Assembly (NCBI GenBank): GCA_051439505.1
Contig: JBFRWI010000112.1
Coordinates: 1 to 49,681, forward strand
Reading direction: 5' to 3'
DNA from: Hormoscilla sp.
Lineage (GTDB): Bacteria > Cyanobacteriota > Cyanobacteriia > Cyanobacteriales > Desertifilaceae
Length of the DNA stretch: 49,681 nt
Shown: in pieces, positions 12,298 through 21,326 of the stretch
How the letters are laid out: every line of letters begins with the position of its first letter
How positions within the stretch are numbered: the first letter of the stretch is position 1
Program-made: the position numbers and the translations under genes
Notes under the pieces: model-generated
The model's database searches: none
What the model was told of the DNA's origin: nothing
The model's input: only the letters and a program-made list of their open reading frames with translations

Positions 12298-12550
12298 AAA
12301 TCTTCTCCCAATTCCCAAATCAGAACCCAATGCAGTGCAACTCCCCCCAGAATGGAATTACGAGGCAACAGTTGCTCAAGTTGAAACAATTATCTCCCAA
12401 ATCGAAGTAGGTAAGCTAGAATTAGCAGATGTCTTCGATCAATTTGCCGATGCTATTGAATATCTGCATCAATGCGAGCAATTTCTTGCAGAACGACGGC
12501 AACAAATGGATTTACTCATGGAAACCCTAACAGATGAACCAGATTTTTAA
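12290..12550 (+). CDS. xseB: exodeoxyribonuclease VII small subunit
   Basis: overlaps the xseA end; [20 protein letters not shown]. Confidence 0.92.
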   Translation: MSKNLLPIPKSEPNAVQLPPEWNYEATVAQVETIISQIEVGKLELADVFDQFADAIEYLHQCEQFLAERRQQMDLLMETLTDEPDF

Positions 12551-12598
12551 TGAATTGAGAATTGAGCAATTGTTAATTGAGAGTTGACATTAGCAATT

Positions 12599-13783
12599 CT
12601 AGGCTATACTACCGCGTTTGCGCGTTTCTTTGTAAGAAGTTCCCACATTTTTTAAGCCTGCTTTAATCATCTCTTGTTCCAGCAGGGCAAAGAAACGTGC
12701 CCGATCGCCCCCTCGCACCACCGCCTGATTGTGTGCTTCCGCCAAAACTACCGGATAACCATAACCCTTTTGCACCTGGGCGATCGTCAGACTCAAAGCA
12801 TTATCCAGCAATGTGGAATTTTCTGCTACCCAAGCTGGAAAATCAATCCTAGCAATTTCATGACCGACATGGAGATAGCAAAAATAAATCTTTTGGGAAG
12901 CATAATGCTCTAGAATTCGGGCAGAACTCTGCCATAAACAACTGCGTTGTCCCGGTTGCAGAAACACTCCCCAGAAAGTAGTATCTCTGAGAGGATTAAA
13001 AACCTGACAAGGGGCAACATCGGCATTATTATGGCAATTTTTCGTGCAGTTAGGTTCCGGGTAAGGACAACTTTGCAAGCGCAGAAAATTCAGCGCTTCA
13101 CCACTACGAGAGGAACTCAGATAGCCGACGATCGGGATACCCGCCTCTTGCAACTGACTCCAAGCATTCAGGATCGGCGGTAGCAGGCGATCGCGTGCCG
13201 GAGTTGGCAACTGTTCCAGAAACCAATAAATCAGGGAACCATCCACCATCGCCAAATTTGGAATTGAAGAGGCATAATTTGCCAGCATTGAACCTAATTC
13301 AGCGAGCATTACCGCCTCAGACACCGTGCGCACATAGCCCATCCATTCCTCAGTTCTAATTCCCCACTGGCGAGAAACATAAAGCTCTTCCGGGCGGTAA
13401 AAAACCTCTGGTAAGCTATCTAAGAGAGGTTGTTGGTTCTGTCCGTAGTATAATAGTACCCTACCGACATTAATCAGATAGCAATAAGCAATTTCATGGT
13501 GAGAAGGAGCGATCTGGGAGCCATCCGTAGCCATTACCGTCTGCACTTCTGGCGGGACATTCACCTCAAGGCAAGTATCCAAAGGTTCGACAGGTAAAGC
13601 AGCATTAAATCCCAGGGCCTGGCGCCAACTCTGATGTTGATCCACCAACAAGTCCTGTTTAACAGTCGCTTGTTCCCAGAGTTGATGAGCAATTTCTAAG
13701 CGTTTGCGACTCGCAGCAGCTTCTTGAGCAAGATGCTGACTGATGCCTTGCATTTGCCGCGCTAGCTTCATTAAATCCAGCAT
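12599..13783 (-). CDS. nurA: NurA domain DNA double-strand break repair nuclease
   Basis: ATDGSQI, MVDGSL, GYGYPVVLAEAHNQAVV motifs. Confidence 0.9.
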   Translation of the reverse strand: MLDLMKLARQMQGISQHLAQEAAASRKRLEIAHQLWEQATVKQDLLVDQHQSWRQALGFNAALPVEPLDTCLEVNVPPEVQTVMATDGSQIAPSHHEIAYCYLINVGRVLLYYGQNQQPLLDSLPEVFYRPEELYVSRQWGIRTEEWMGYVRTVSEAVMLAELGSMLANYASSIPNLAMVDGSLIYWFLEQLPTPARDRLLPPILNAWSQLQEAGIPIVGYLSSSRSGEALNFLRLQSCPYPEPNCTKNCHNNADVAPCQVFNPLRDTTFWGVFLQPGQRSCLWQSSARILEHYASQKIYFCYLHVGHEIARIDFPAWVAENSTLLDNALSLTIAQVQKGYGYPVVLAEAHNQAVVRGGDRARFFALLEQEMIKAGLKNVGTSYKETRKRGSIA

Positions 13784-13845
13784 AAACTGATAAGTAGTTA
13801 GTAGTTAGTAGTTCGTAGTTAGGGTGCATCCGGTGTTTAGCAATC

Positions 13846-13915
13846 TAGCCCGCGCAGGCGGGCTTTGTATATGTAGCCGGACCCCTCGTTCCCACGGCTC
13901 CCGCCTGGGAACGGG
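13846..13915. repeat. cluster of REP-like hairpins
   Basis: AGCCCGCGCAGGCGGGCT and CGTTCCCA...TGGGAACG inverted repeats between nurA and raf1; heptamer (TAGTTAG/TAGTTCG)n just to the left. Confidence 0.6.
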
Positions 13916-13957
13916 TTCGGGCGGCCAGGAGTACCAACGGGTTTCGATCACACCGCA

Positions 13958-15001
13958 TTATTCATCTACTTGCCAGGGGTCTTTAGTCAAGTCTTCATCC
14001 AGAATGCGCTTGGGACGAACGACCAACAAAACCCTTCCCAGCAGGGGAATATCCGGGGCAGTTTCTGACCACTGAATTTCTAATTGTGAACCCAGGTCCG
14101 CAAGAAAATAACTGTCCGCATCCCACTGACGCTGCGATCGGTCTACAATAATCAGGACAGGTTCAGGTGGACCGGAAACAGGATTAGGCAACTGGTCGCT
14201 AGTAGCGAGAATGGCCACTGGGTCTTCGGCACTGCGCACGACTTGCCATCCAGGTACCGGTACCCAAGCCCCCTGACCAGCAAACTTCACCATTGAGAAG
14301 GGTGGAGTCTCGTCAGTAATGGGGACCGCTTGCAAGTCGGCGGCACTCAGAGGTAGTTCCCCCACCACTGGGATCACCCGGGGCAATTCTTCCGCTGATT
14401 CCAAGCGATAGACCGGTAAGATCGGGGCAGGACGCTTGGGAACGACAGTAAAATCAGTTAGCAAACGCTCGATCGCCTCTCGGGCCCCCGGAGTTTGGGC
14501 AAATTTCAACCCCTTAGCAATTAAACGCGATCGATCTTGCAGATCGTTGTGCTGGCGGGCAGTTTTCCAGCACTGGTAGGCAATAGCATCTCCCGGTTGC
14601 CGAGAAAACCCTTCTGGTAGCGTTCGCATCCGGGACAGATCCTTCATGGCCCTGGCCAGATCGTGGGCCTCATCCGCATCCAGGTTTTGGGCCACTACGA
14701 ATTCCGCAGCAGCGGCCCGTTCGGCACCGGCCAGGATGCGAAACTCATACAGGCGATCGCTGCCTTTTTGCTGGAAATATTGCAGGACCGGTTCCGGTGC
14801 ATTAGCATTAAGGATACTGGTGTAAACCTGGGAGGCCACGACAATCTGATTTTGTTGAACGGCCTCAATACCAGTATCTTCAAAGATTTGCGCTGGTTTA
14901 TAGCCGGATTTTTGCAGCTGGGCGATCGCGTGGCCCCATTCCACCCAGGAACCTTCCTTGCGCCGGAGCGCATGCAGCATATCTTGTTCAGTGTCAGTCA
15001 T
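13958..15001 (-). CDS. raf1: RuBisCO accumulation factor 1
   Basis: LRRKEGSWVEWG, IFEDTGIEAVQQNQIVVASQVY, VPGWQV, RPKRILDE..WQVDE. Confidence 0.95.
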   Translation of the reverse strand: MTDTEQDMLHALRRKEGSWVEWGHAIAQLQKSGYKPAQIFEDTGIEAVQQNQIVVASQVYTSILNANAPEPVLQYFQQKGSDRLYEFRILAGAERAAAAEFVVAQNLDADEAHDLARAMKDLSRMRTLPEGFSRQPGDAIAYQCWKTARQHNDLQDRSRLIAKGLKFAQTPGAREAIERLLTDFTVVPKRPAPILPVYRLESAEELPRVIPVVGELPLSAADLQAVPITDETPPFSMVKFAGQGAWVPVPGWQVVRSAEDPVAILATSDQLPNPVSGPPEPVLIIVDRSQRQWDADSYFLADLGSQLEIQWSETAPDIPLLGRVLLVVRPKRILDEDLTKDPWQVDE

Positions 15002-15169
15002 TCTCTATCGTCCAGGATCTGTTGTTCAAAAAAAAATTAAGCGCCGAAAGCCCCTCCCAGAGGGCGTTTCCCCTCAAGTACCAACCCCGATCGGGGGATT
15101 TGGAAAAAAAAATTTCTCCAAGGACTTGACAAATGGAAGTAGATAAGTCATTATAGTAAATGTGCGTGT

Positions 15170-15242
15170 GGGGCTATAGCTCAGTTGGTAGAGCACCTCA
15201 ATGGCATTGAGGGGGCCAGCGGTTCGAGTCCGCTTAGCTCCA
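15170..15242 (+). tRNA. trnA: tRNA-Ala(GGC)
   Basis: GGGGCTA/TAGCTCC acceptor stem with G3:U70, CCTCA-ATGGCAT-TGAGG anticodon arm; TTGACA upstream at 15126. Confidence 0.96.
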
Positions 15243-15384
15243 TTGCCCATCCCCCGTCCCAGGTTAAACCCTGGACTTATGGAAAGCCCAGTCCGCGAGA
15301 CGGACTTCCAATAGCGATCGCCAAGAACTTCGGGCAAAGTCTCTCATCCCCAAGGCGATCGTTTTTTTTGTCTAAAGTAACCCA

Positions 15385-15416
15385 GAAACCCGGTTTCTCG
15401 GAGAAACCGGGTTTCT
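15385..15416. repeat. AGAAACCCGGTTTCT double palindrome
   Basis: AGAAACCCGGTTTCTCGGAGAAACCGGGTTTCT; related copies near 30546 and 41640. Confidence 0.75.
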
Positions 15417-15449
15417 TTATTCCTTACCGGTCACCGGTCACCGGTCACC

Positions 15450-15680
15450 CAATACTTCTCGGTTAATAATCTGTCATTGCGAGGGGGAAACCCAAACCGA
15501 TAATTTAGGGTTTTCTGCCTAGATCCCCCCGAAGCAATCTCATACAGGGCGGGGGGATTGCTAGCGCTCCTGCGTCGCGCCGCTGCGCTAACGGGGGGGG
15601 GGTTATCGATGGAGCATAAATTAATCGCGGAGTACCCCCCCCTCGCAATGACAACCTATATCGTTAACCGAGAGGTATTG
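15450..15680. mobile_element. MITE-like element with nested inverted repeats
   Basis: outer TIR CAATACTTCTCGGTTAA / TTAACCGAGAGGTATTG (16 of 17 match); inner TGTCATTGCGAGGGGG / CCCCCTCGCAATGACA; partial relative at 22244-22315. Confidence 0.75.
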
Positions 15681-15885
15681 ACTGGTTACCGATATGAACT
15701 GCGTTTAGGTATTATCTCATAGGGGATTGGGGGGTGTGGTCAAAACCCGGGATTGGGGTGTCAACTGTGATTTCCCCAAAAATTTTTGCCATTAGTGATA
15801 TGAACGCCCAAGTCCTTGGGTATCTTATATTTAATGGTGCCGATCGTTCTGACCCTAAGGCGCTGGCAGAGGGAAAAGGTTGCCG

Positions 15886-17700
15886 ATGGAAATCCTGACT
15901 TCCGAACAACAAGCACAAATTCCTAAGATTCAGAAAAAGTGGCGAGAGATTGTCTTTTCTACAGAACCGATCGATCGCCGGAAAGCAGAACGTGCAGCGC
16001 GACTGGCCTACGCGGCATTAGATGAAAAACTACCGCCGATAGTTTATTGTACCAGTCCCCAGGATGCTTTCCAAAAGCTAGCAAATTATGCTTACAGCAC
16101 GAAAGGCAATCAAAAGAGAATTAAGGGTATTGCCAGACGTATAGAACAGGTACTCTCTCAGCAGTTGCGTTGGGAACTGGTCTGGCAACTGAATGTAAAA
16201 GAAGTGAATGAATTAGTTGAGGAACTAGCGAAGTTACTGGCGGAGGAGATAGGTATAAAAGTTAGGAAAATGGCGATCGTCCCTACGTCACAGGGGAAAA
16301 ACCTGAGTAAGCAACTTGAATTTCAAATAAACAGTCAATTAGAAAGAAAAAGCCGAAAAAGCATAGTCAGGGAATTGAAATTGATTGCCGATGAAGATGC
16401 AAGTAAACTAGAGAAGCAGTTATGTACTCGACTAAAAAGATCATTGCTTCACAAGCTGCTACAAGAAATAAAATCATTATTAGAAAAAGATTTAGAACGA
16501 CCATTGTGGAGAAACGTAATCAATGGGATGGAGAGTATTTTGTGGGAAGAAATAGACAGTACATATGAGGATATATATTTTCAATTATGGGATGACTCGG
16601 CTAGTTATTTTGACTGCGGTTTTTCTGTTTTAAAATGTGTTGAAAATAGGAAAAGTTGGTCAGCTTTGCAGTCAGTGGTAAAAGACTGTGGATGGATATA
16701 TGCTACTGAAGAGACTTGTTTTGTATGCGATCGCCCCCGCCGGATAGCGATAGATAAACAAAAGCGAATTCGCGGTGCGATAAAATTTGCTGATGGCGAC
16801 AGGATTTCATTAGATGATAGCACAGTATACCAAAAGGTGGCACGGGGTCTAAAAGTTGGTAGTAGAGGCGATCGCGGCCATGAAAGCAGCTTGTTGACAA
16901 AAAGGGTAGGACTATTAAATAATATAGTGGGCATAATTATATATATTGTTATGTCATTGCCCCTGGCGATCGCGTGGATATTTTTGATTATACCGAGGTT
17001 GTCTTTAACGGCTATCTCATCTATAGGTTCTGATATTTTGCAGGGAATTTTGTTGATAAGAGATAGGAGTTTAAACCCAAGTTTTTACCTCCAAGTTACT
17101 AGCAGTATAGGCAATAGGGGCCATCAAAGCAGCTTATTGACAAAAATCCTGGGCATAATTATATATATAGTTATATCATTTCCCCTTTCAATCCCGAGGA
17201 TAGTAAGGATGATACCGAGGTGGTCTGTAAGGGGTATATTCTCTATAGGTTCTTATATTTTGGAGGGGATTTGGTGGATAAGAGATGTTAGAGTAAGACA
17301 AAGTTTAAGACAAAGTTTTAACCGTCAAGTTACTCCCAGGGCCCATCGGGGTGTAAGCGGGCTAGCAAAATATAGTAAAATTCATCCCGATAAGTGGCGA
17401 TCGCAATGGATCTTAAAAGAACCAAACGCGGAACTAAGACGAATCTTAATTCAAAGAATAGGCTACGACAGAATCGCCCGCGAATTGCCAAGCAGAACTT
17501 TAGATCGTTGGAAAGAATATACTTTATTAAGAATTGCCGATAATATCGATGTAGAGCCAATATTTTTATTAAAAATGACCTGTCCCAGTACCGGACACAT
17601 TCACGCTTTGCGCGTCCCCCCTCACATGCGATCGGCCCGGGAAGCAATTCGTTGGGTGAATGGAGGCATCGACCCAGAAGAATTTTCTGTGGCCACCTGA
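15886..17700 (+). CDS. DUF6745 domain protein, paralogue 1, with internal membrane modules
   Basis: LTSEQQAQIP..KWREIVFSTEPIDR N-terminus; CDRPR; EPNAELRRILIQRIGY and LLKMTCPSTGHIHALRVPP...GIDPEEFSV C-terminus. Confidence 0.85.
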   Translation: MEILTSEQQAQIPKIQKKWREIVFSTEPIDRRKAERAARLAYAALDEKLPPIVYCTSPQDAFQKLANYAYSTKGNQKRIKGIARRIEQVLSQQLRWELVWQLNVKEVNELVEELAKLLAEEIGIKVRKMAIVPTSQGKNLSKQLEFQINSQLERKSRKSIVRELKLIADEDASKLEKQLCTRLKRSLLHKLLQEIKSLLEKDLERPLWRNVINGMESILWEEIDSTYEDIYFQLWDDSASYFDCGFSVLKCVENRKSWSALQSVVKDCGWIYATEETCFVCDRPRRIAIDKQKRIRGAIKFADGDRISLDDSTVYQKVARGLKVGSRGDRGHESSLLTKRVGLLNNIVGIIIYIVMSLPLAIAWIFLIIPRLSLTAISSIGSDILQGILLIRDRSLNPSFYLQVTSSIGNRGHQSSLLTKILGIIIYIVISFPLSIPRIVRMIPRWSVRGIFSIGSYILEGIWWIRDVRVRQSLRQSFNRQVTPRAHRGVSGLAKYSKIHPDKWRSQWILKEPNAELRRILIQRIGYDRIARELPSRTLDRWKEYTLLRIADNIDVEPIFLLKMTCPSTGHIHALRVPPHMRSAREAIRWVNGGIDPEEFSVAT

Positions 17701-17923
17701 AAAATCAGCAGTTGTCACCGTCCCTTAGCAGAACTGTGGGTAGGTATTACTTCATAGCGAATAGGGTTGTCAACAGTGATTTTCCAAAAAATTTCCCTTA
17801 GTGATATGAACGCCCAAGTCCTTGGGTATATTAAAGATACGGCCTTGCACCTAGGGAATGGTTTATGACCGGTGGCCGGGGACCAGACCGATCGCGTCGC
17901 AGCGTCGTAGAGGAGTTAAGAAA

Positions 17924-19354
17924 ATGGCACAAAAAAAACGAAATGTAGCCCGGGGTAGAAAAAATAGCCGTAAAGGCGATCGCCGCCATCAAAGCAGCTT
18001 GTTGACAAAAATGGTGGGACTATTAAATAATCTAGTCGGCATAATTATATATATAGTTATGTCATTGCCCCTTTCAATCCTGTGGATAGTACGGAATATA
18101 CTGAGGTGGTCTTTAAAGGGTATATCATTTAGAAGAAATCAGCAGCGTAGATTAGAACAGAATCGGCAGTTGATATCGGAACAATCAGCGAGGAGCGATC
18201 GTTTATTTATCAGCCCCCAGAGTGTCAACATTTTTGACATCTTTGATAAGACAAGTAAATTAAGAATACCTATTACGCGCGAACTAGAAATTATGATAAT
18301 GGATTGTCGGAAAAAGTGGATGTGTATAGAAGTTTCTCGCGAACGAATTAATCTTCAAAGAGCAAAAGAAGCCACGAGATCTCTCTATGCAGCATTAGGT
18401 TTATCAGAACCGGAGATAGTTTTTGCTAGCAGTCCTTATGAAGCATTACAACAAATAATAGATTTACAAATTAATTTACAGGAACAGTCGCTAAAAACAT
18501 CGATTGAGAGTAAATTAAAAGCAGATAATATTCCTATATCTGGATTACGGCAGTGGTCTATGTTACTAAATCATAGTAATAACAATGGTGTTGATTGGAA
18601 TCTACATCTACAAAAAAAGATGATGCAGCAGATAATCGCTCGACAAATAGGTATAAAAATAATCGAGAATAACGGGTTCGTATCGGAAAACTATTCGCTA
18701 TATCTATCTTATCTTGTAAACCATCAATTAAATACTAACTGTATAATGCCGTATTTATGGAGTGATGTAGCGGCGTGGCTAGATTTTCAGAGTAATGCAT
18801 TAAAGGTTATTGATTCTCAAAAAGTTAGCTACCATTTTTGGAAAGTTATACAAGAATGTGGCTGGATTTTTCCATTTAAAAATCTGTGTATTGTTTGCGA
18901 TCGCCCTCGAAAAATGAACTTAGATAACCAACACCGCTTACACGCGGAAGGAGAACCAGCCGTTGAGTATGCTGATGGTTTCAGCATCTACGCCTATCAA
19001 GGTTTAGGGTTGCCAGAAAAATATGGTAAAATTAATTCCGAGAAGTGGCGATCGCAATGGATTTTAGAAGAACGAAACGCCGAACTAAGACGAGTCTTAA
19101 TTCAGGGAATAGGCTACGACAGAATTTGTCAAGAATTGTCAAGCCAAACTTTAAATAGTTGGAAAGAATATACCCTATTAAGAATTGCTGATAACATCGA
19201 TCGTAGGGGAGAAATAATTTTATTAAAAATGACCTGTCCCAGTACCGGACACATTCACGCCTTGCGCGTCCCCCCTCACATGCGATCGGCCCGGGAAGCA
19301 ATTCGTTGGGTGAATAGAGGCATCGACCCAGAAGAATTTTCCGTGCAAACCTGA
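17924..19354 (+). CDS. DUF6745 domain protein, paralogue 2, with N-terminal membrane module
   Basis: ATG at 17924 preceded by GAGGAG; LHAEGEPAVEYADG, ERNAELRRVLIQGIGY, KMTCPSTG motifs. Confidence 0.87.
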   Translation: MAQKKRNVARGRKNSRKGDRRHQSSLLTKMVGLLNNLVGIIIYIVMSLPLSILWIVRNILRWSLKGISFRRNQQRRLEQNRQLISEQSARSDRLFISPQSVNIFDIFDKTSKLRIPITRELEIMIMDCRKKWMCIEVSRERINLQRAKEATRSLYAALGLSEPEIVFASSPYEALQQIIDLQINLQEQSLKTSIESKLKADNIPISGLRQWSMLLNHSNNNGVDWNLHLQKKMMQQIIARQIGIKIIENNGFVSENYSLYLSYLVNHQLNTNCIMPYLWSDVAAWLDFQSNALKVIDSQKVSYHFWKVIQECGWIFPFKNLCIVCDRPRKMNLDNQHRLHAEGEPAVEYADGFSIYAYQGLGLPEKYGKINSEKWRSQWILEERNAELRRVLIQGIGYDRICQELSSQTLNSWKEYTLLRIADNIDRRGEIILLKMTCPSTGHIHALRVPPHMRSAREAIRWVNRGIDPEEFSVQT

Positions 19355-19376
19355 AAAATTGGGGTGGATCTGATCG

Positions 19377-20238
19377 GCAAACGTTTTCCATTTTCCCGAT
19401 CGTCTGTTGAGGGGGTGCCCCGACATGATGTTGGCATCGCATTAATACCTGTAATGGGGCGATCGCATGATGTCATGGAAGATGCGAGACCAGTAATGTA
19501 GGGGCACGGCATCCATAATGTTTCGGTATCAACGAAAATCTATCTATTGCCGTGCCCCGGCGCCCAGACCCGATCGCATTAATGTTATTGGGCGATCGCA
19601 TTCATACATATGGGGCCGGGGCACGGCGAGACAAACATTTTCCATTTTCCCAAACATCAGTTGATGCCGTGCCCCTACATGATGTATGCGATCGCCAGAA
19701 TACATTTAATTGGGCGATCGCCAGAATACATTTTATGGGGCGATCGCATTCCTACATATGGGGCCGGGGCACGGCGAGACAAACATTTTAAATTTTCCCG
19801 TTCATCAGTTGATGCCGTGCCCCTACATTATGTATGCGATCGCATTAATACATTTGATGGGGCGATCGCATTTATATGGTGCCGGGGCACGGGCGATCGC
19901 ATGGTGCCGGGGCACGGCGATACAAACATTTTCCATTTTCCCGCTCATTTGTGGATGCCGTACACCTACCTGTATGCGATCGCCAGAATACATGTAATGG
20001 TGCGATCGCATGATGTCATGGAAGATGGGAGACCAGTAATGTAGGGGCACGGCATCCATAACGTTTCGGTATAAACGAAAATATATCTATTGCCGTGCCC
20101 CGGCGCCGATACCCGATCGCATGGTGCCGGGGCACGGCGATACAAACATTTTCCATTTTCCCGCTCATTTGTGGATGCCGTGCCCCTACCTGTATGCGAT
20201 CGTCAGGAAACATTTATTGTGCGATCGCATGATGGTCA
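19377..20238. repeat. HIP1-delimited mosaic array of REP-like hairpins, left part
   Basis: hairpins GGGGCACGGC...GCCGTGCCCC at 19498, 19612, 19760, 19903, 20041 and 20123, with ~18-nt linkers between HIP1 sites. Confidence 0.9.
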
Positions 20239-21084
20239 TTAATTCTGTTTCAACTTTTGCACATCCTCAAGACTGAGACCCGTAGTTTGACTAATCGTTT
20301 CTTCATCTAAAACCGCAAGCAAGCGCTTAGCGATTTCAACTTGAGTTTTTTTCATTCCAGTGTTTTCCGCCTTTTCGATCGCATTCCGCTGGTCGTGGAT
20401 ATAGATTTCCCGTTTTTCCAAATCTTCCATTTCTGATGGATCCAATGTTGCAATATTAGCAATCTCAAAAGCTTTTTGGATTTCGGGAACTGACGACATG
20501 CTCTCGGGAACTGTCTCCAAAGCCTTGGCATTCTTGATAAAAAACAGCCATTTATCCGTTAAGGTCTCCAACTGCTCCAATTTCTTATCAAAATTAGGCA
20601 ATTCCACAAATACCAACTCAATGTCATCGACTAAGTAATTACTCAAAAAGTCCGTTTCTTTCAATGCATATTTAGAAATGACCTTTGAGATCTTCGCATC
20701 CGGAAACATCTTAAAGTCCGTAATAGTTAAAGCAATTACTGGATTGAGCAGGGTATAATTTTTCCCGGATTCGAGTTGAATGGAATAAGCTTTTGCCGCA
20801 TTGTATAAAATGCGCTTCTCAAAACCTTCCGTATTCAACACCTGCATCTCGATAATTACTTGCTTGCGATCGGCCAGTTCAGCCTTGACATCTAAATAAG
20901 TATCTTTGAGTCCGCGCAGTCTAGGAGCTTGATAGGGGTTAATGATGGTCAAATCCGCGATCGTCTCTTTTCCATCATAGAGCATAGCATTTAAGAAGCT
21001 AATCAGGATGTCCTTGCTTTGCTCGGAACCAAATATCTTCTTAAATGCAAAATCAGTCTTGGGATTGATAAACTTAATTGTCAC
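20239..21084 (-). CDS. Rpn/YhgA-like PD-(D/E)XK nuclease (recombination-promoting nuclease family)
   Basis: NPKTDFAFKKIFG, LDVKAEL...IIEMQV, KRILYN, FVELP.F, LTDKWLFF, EIAKRLL...ISQTTGLS; GTG start with SD GGAGAG. Confidence 0.92.
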   Translation of the reverse strand: MTIKFINPKTDFAFKKIFGSEQSKDILISFLNAMLYDGKETIADLTIINPYQAPRLRGLKDTYLDVKAELADRKQVIIEMQVLNTEGFEKRILYNAAKAYSIQLESGKNYTLLNPVIALTITDFKMFPDAKISKVISKYALKETDFLSNYLVDDIELVFVELPNFDKKLEQLETLTDKWLFFIKNAKALETVPESMSSVPEIQKAFEIANIATLDPSEMEDLEKREIYIHDQRNAIEKAENTGMKKTQVEIAKRLLAVLDEETISQTTGLSLEDVQKLKQN

Positions 21085-21192
21085 GATCTATCTCTCCATT
21101 AATCACTATTGTTAGTCTACTATAACATATTTTGGTCTCTGAGGAGGCAACTCAAGCAATTCAAAATTCTCTCATTCAATCCGGTGGCTGCG

Positions 21193-21300
21193 CCTGCCGC
21201 TGCGCGGAATTCAAAATTCAAAATTCATAATTCAAAATGCTTTTGGAGCAAGGCTTTGAGCCACTTCCGGCTGGTGCATTATTTCCGCCGCGCTGCACTA
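21193..21300 (+). mobile_element. dispersed ~108-bp MITE-like repeat, copy 1
   Basis: CCTGCCGCTGCGCGGAATTCAAAATTC...TTTCCGCCGCGCTGCACTA; closely similar inverted copy at 44710-44818. Confidence 0.8.
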
Positions 21301-21326
21301 TGCAATTTAAATGCACGACAGCTTAC

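Noticed and set aside
17380..19354. Diversity-generating retroelement (VR/TR pair) at the DUF6745 3' ends
   Set aside because: Differences are not confined to adenines, both copies are coding, and no reverse transcriptase is present in the window
19552..20213. ORFs predicted in the repeat array (e.g. 19610-20044, 19710-19997, also 21333-21562)
   Set aside because: They are translations of the palindromic repeats in several frames on both strands, with no SD or recognisable domain
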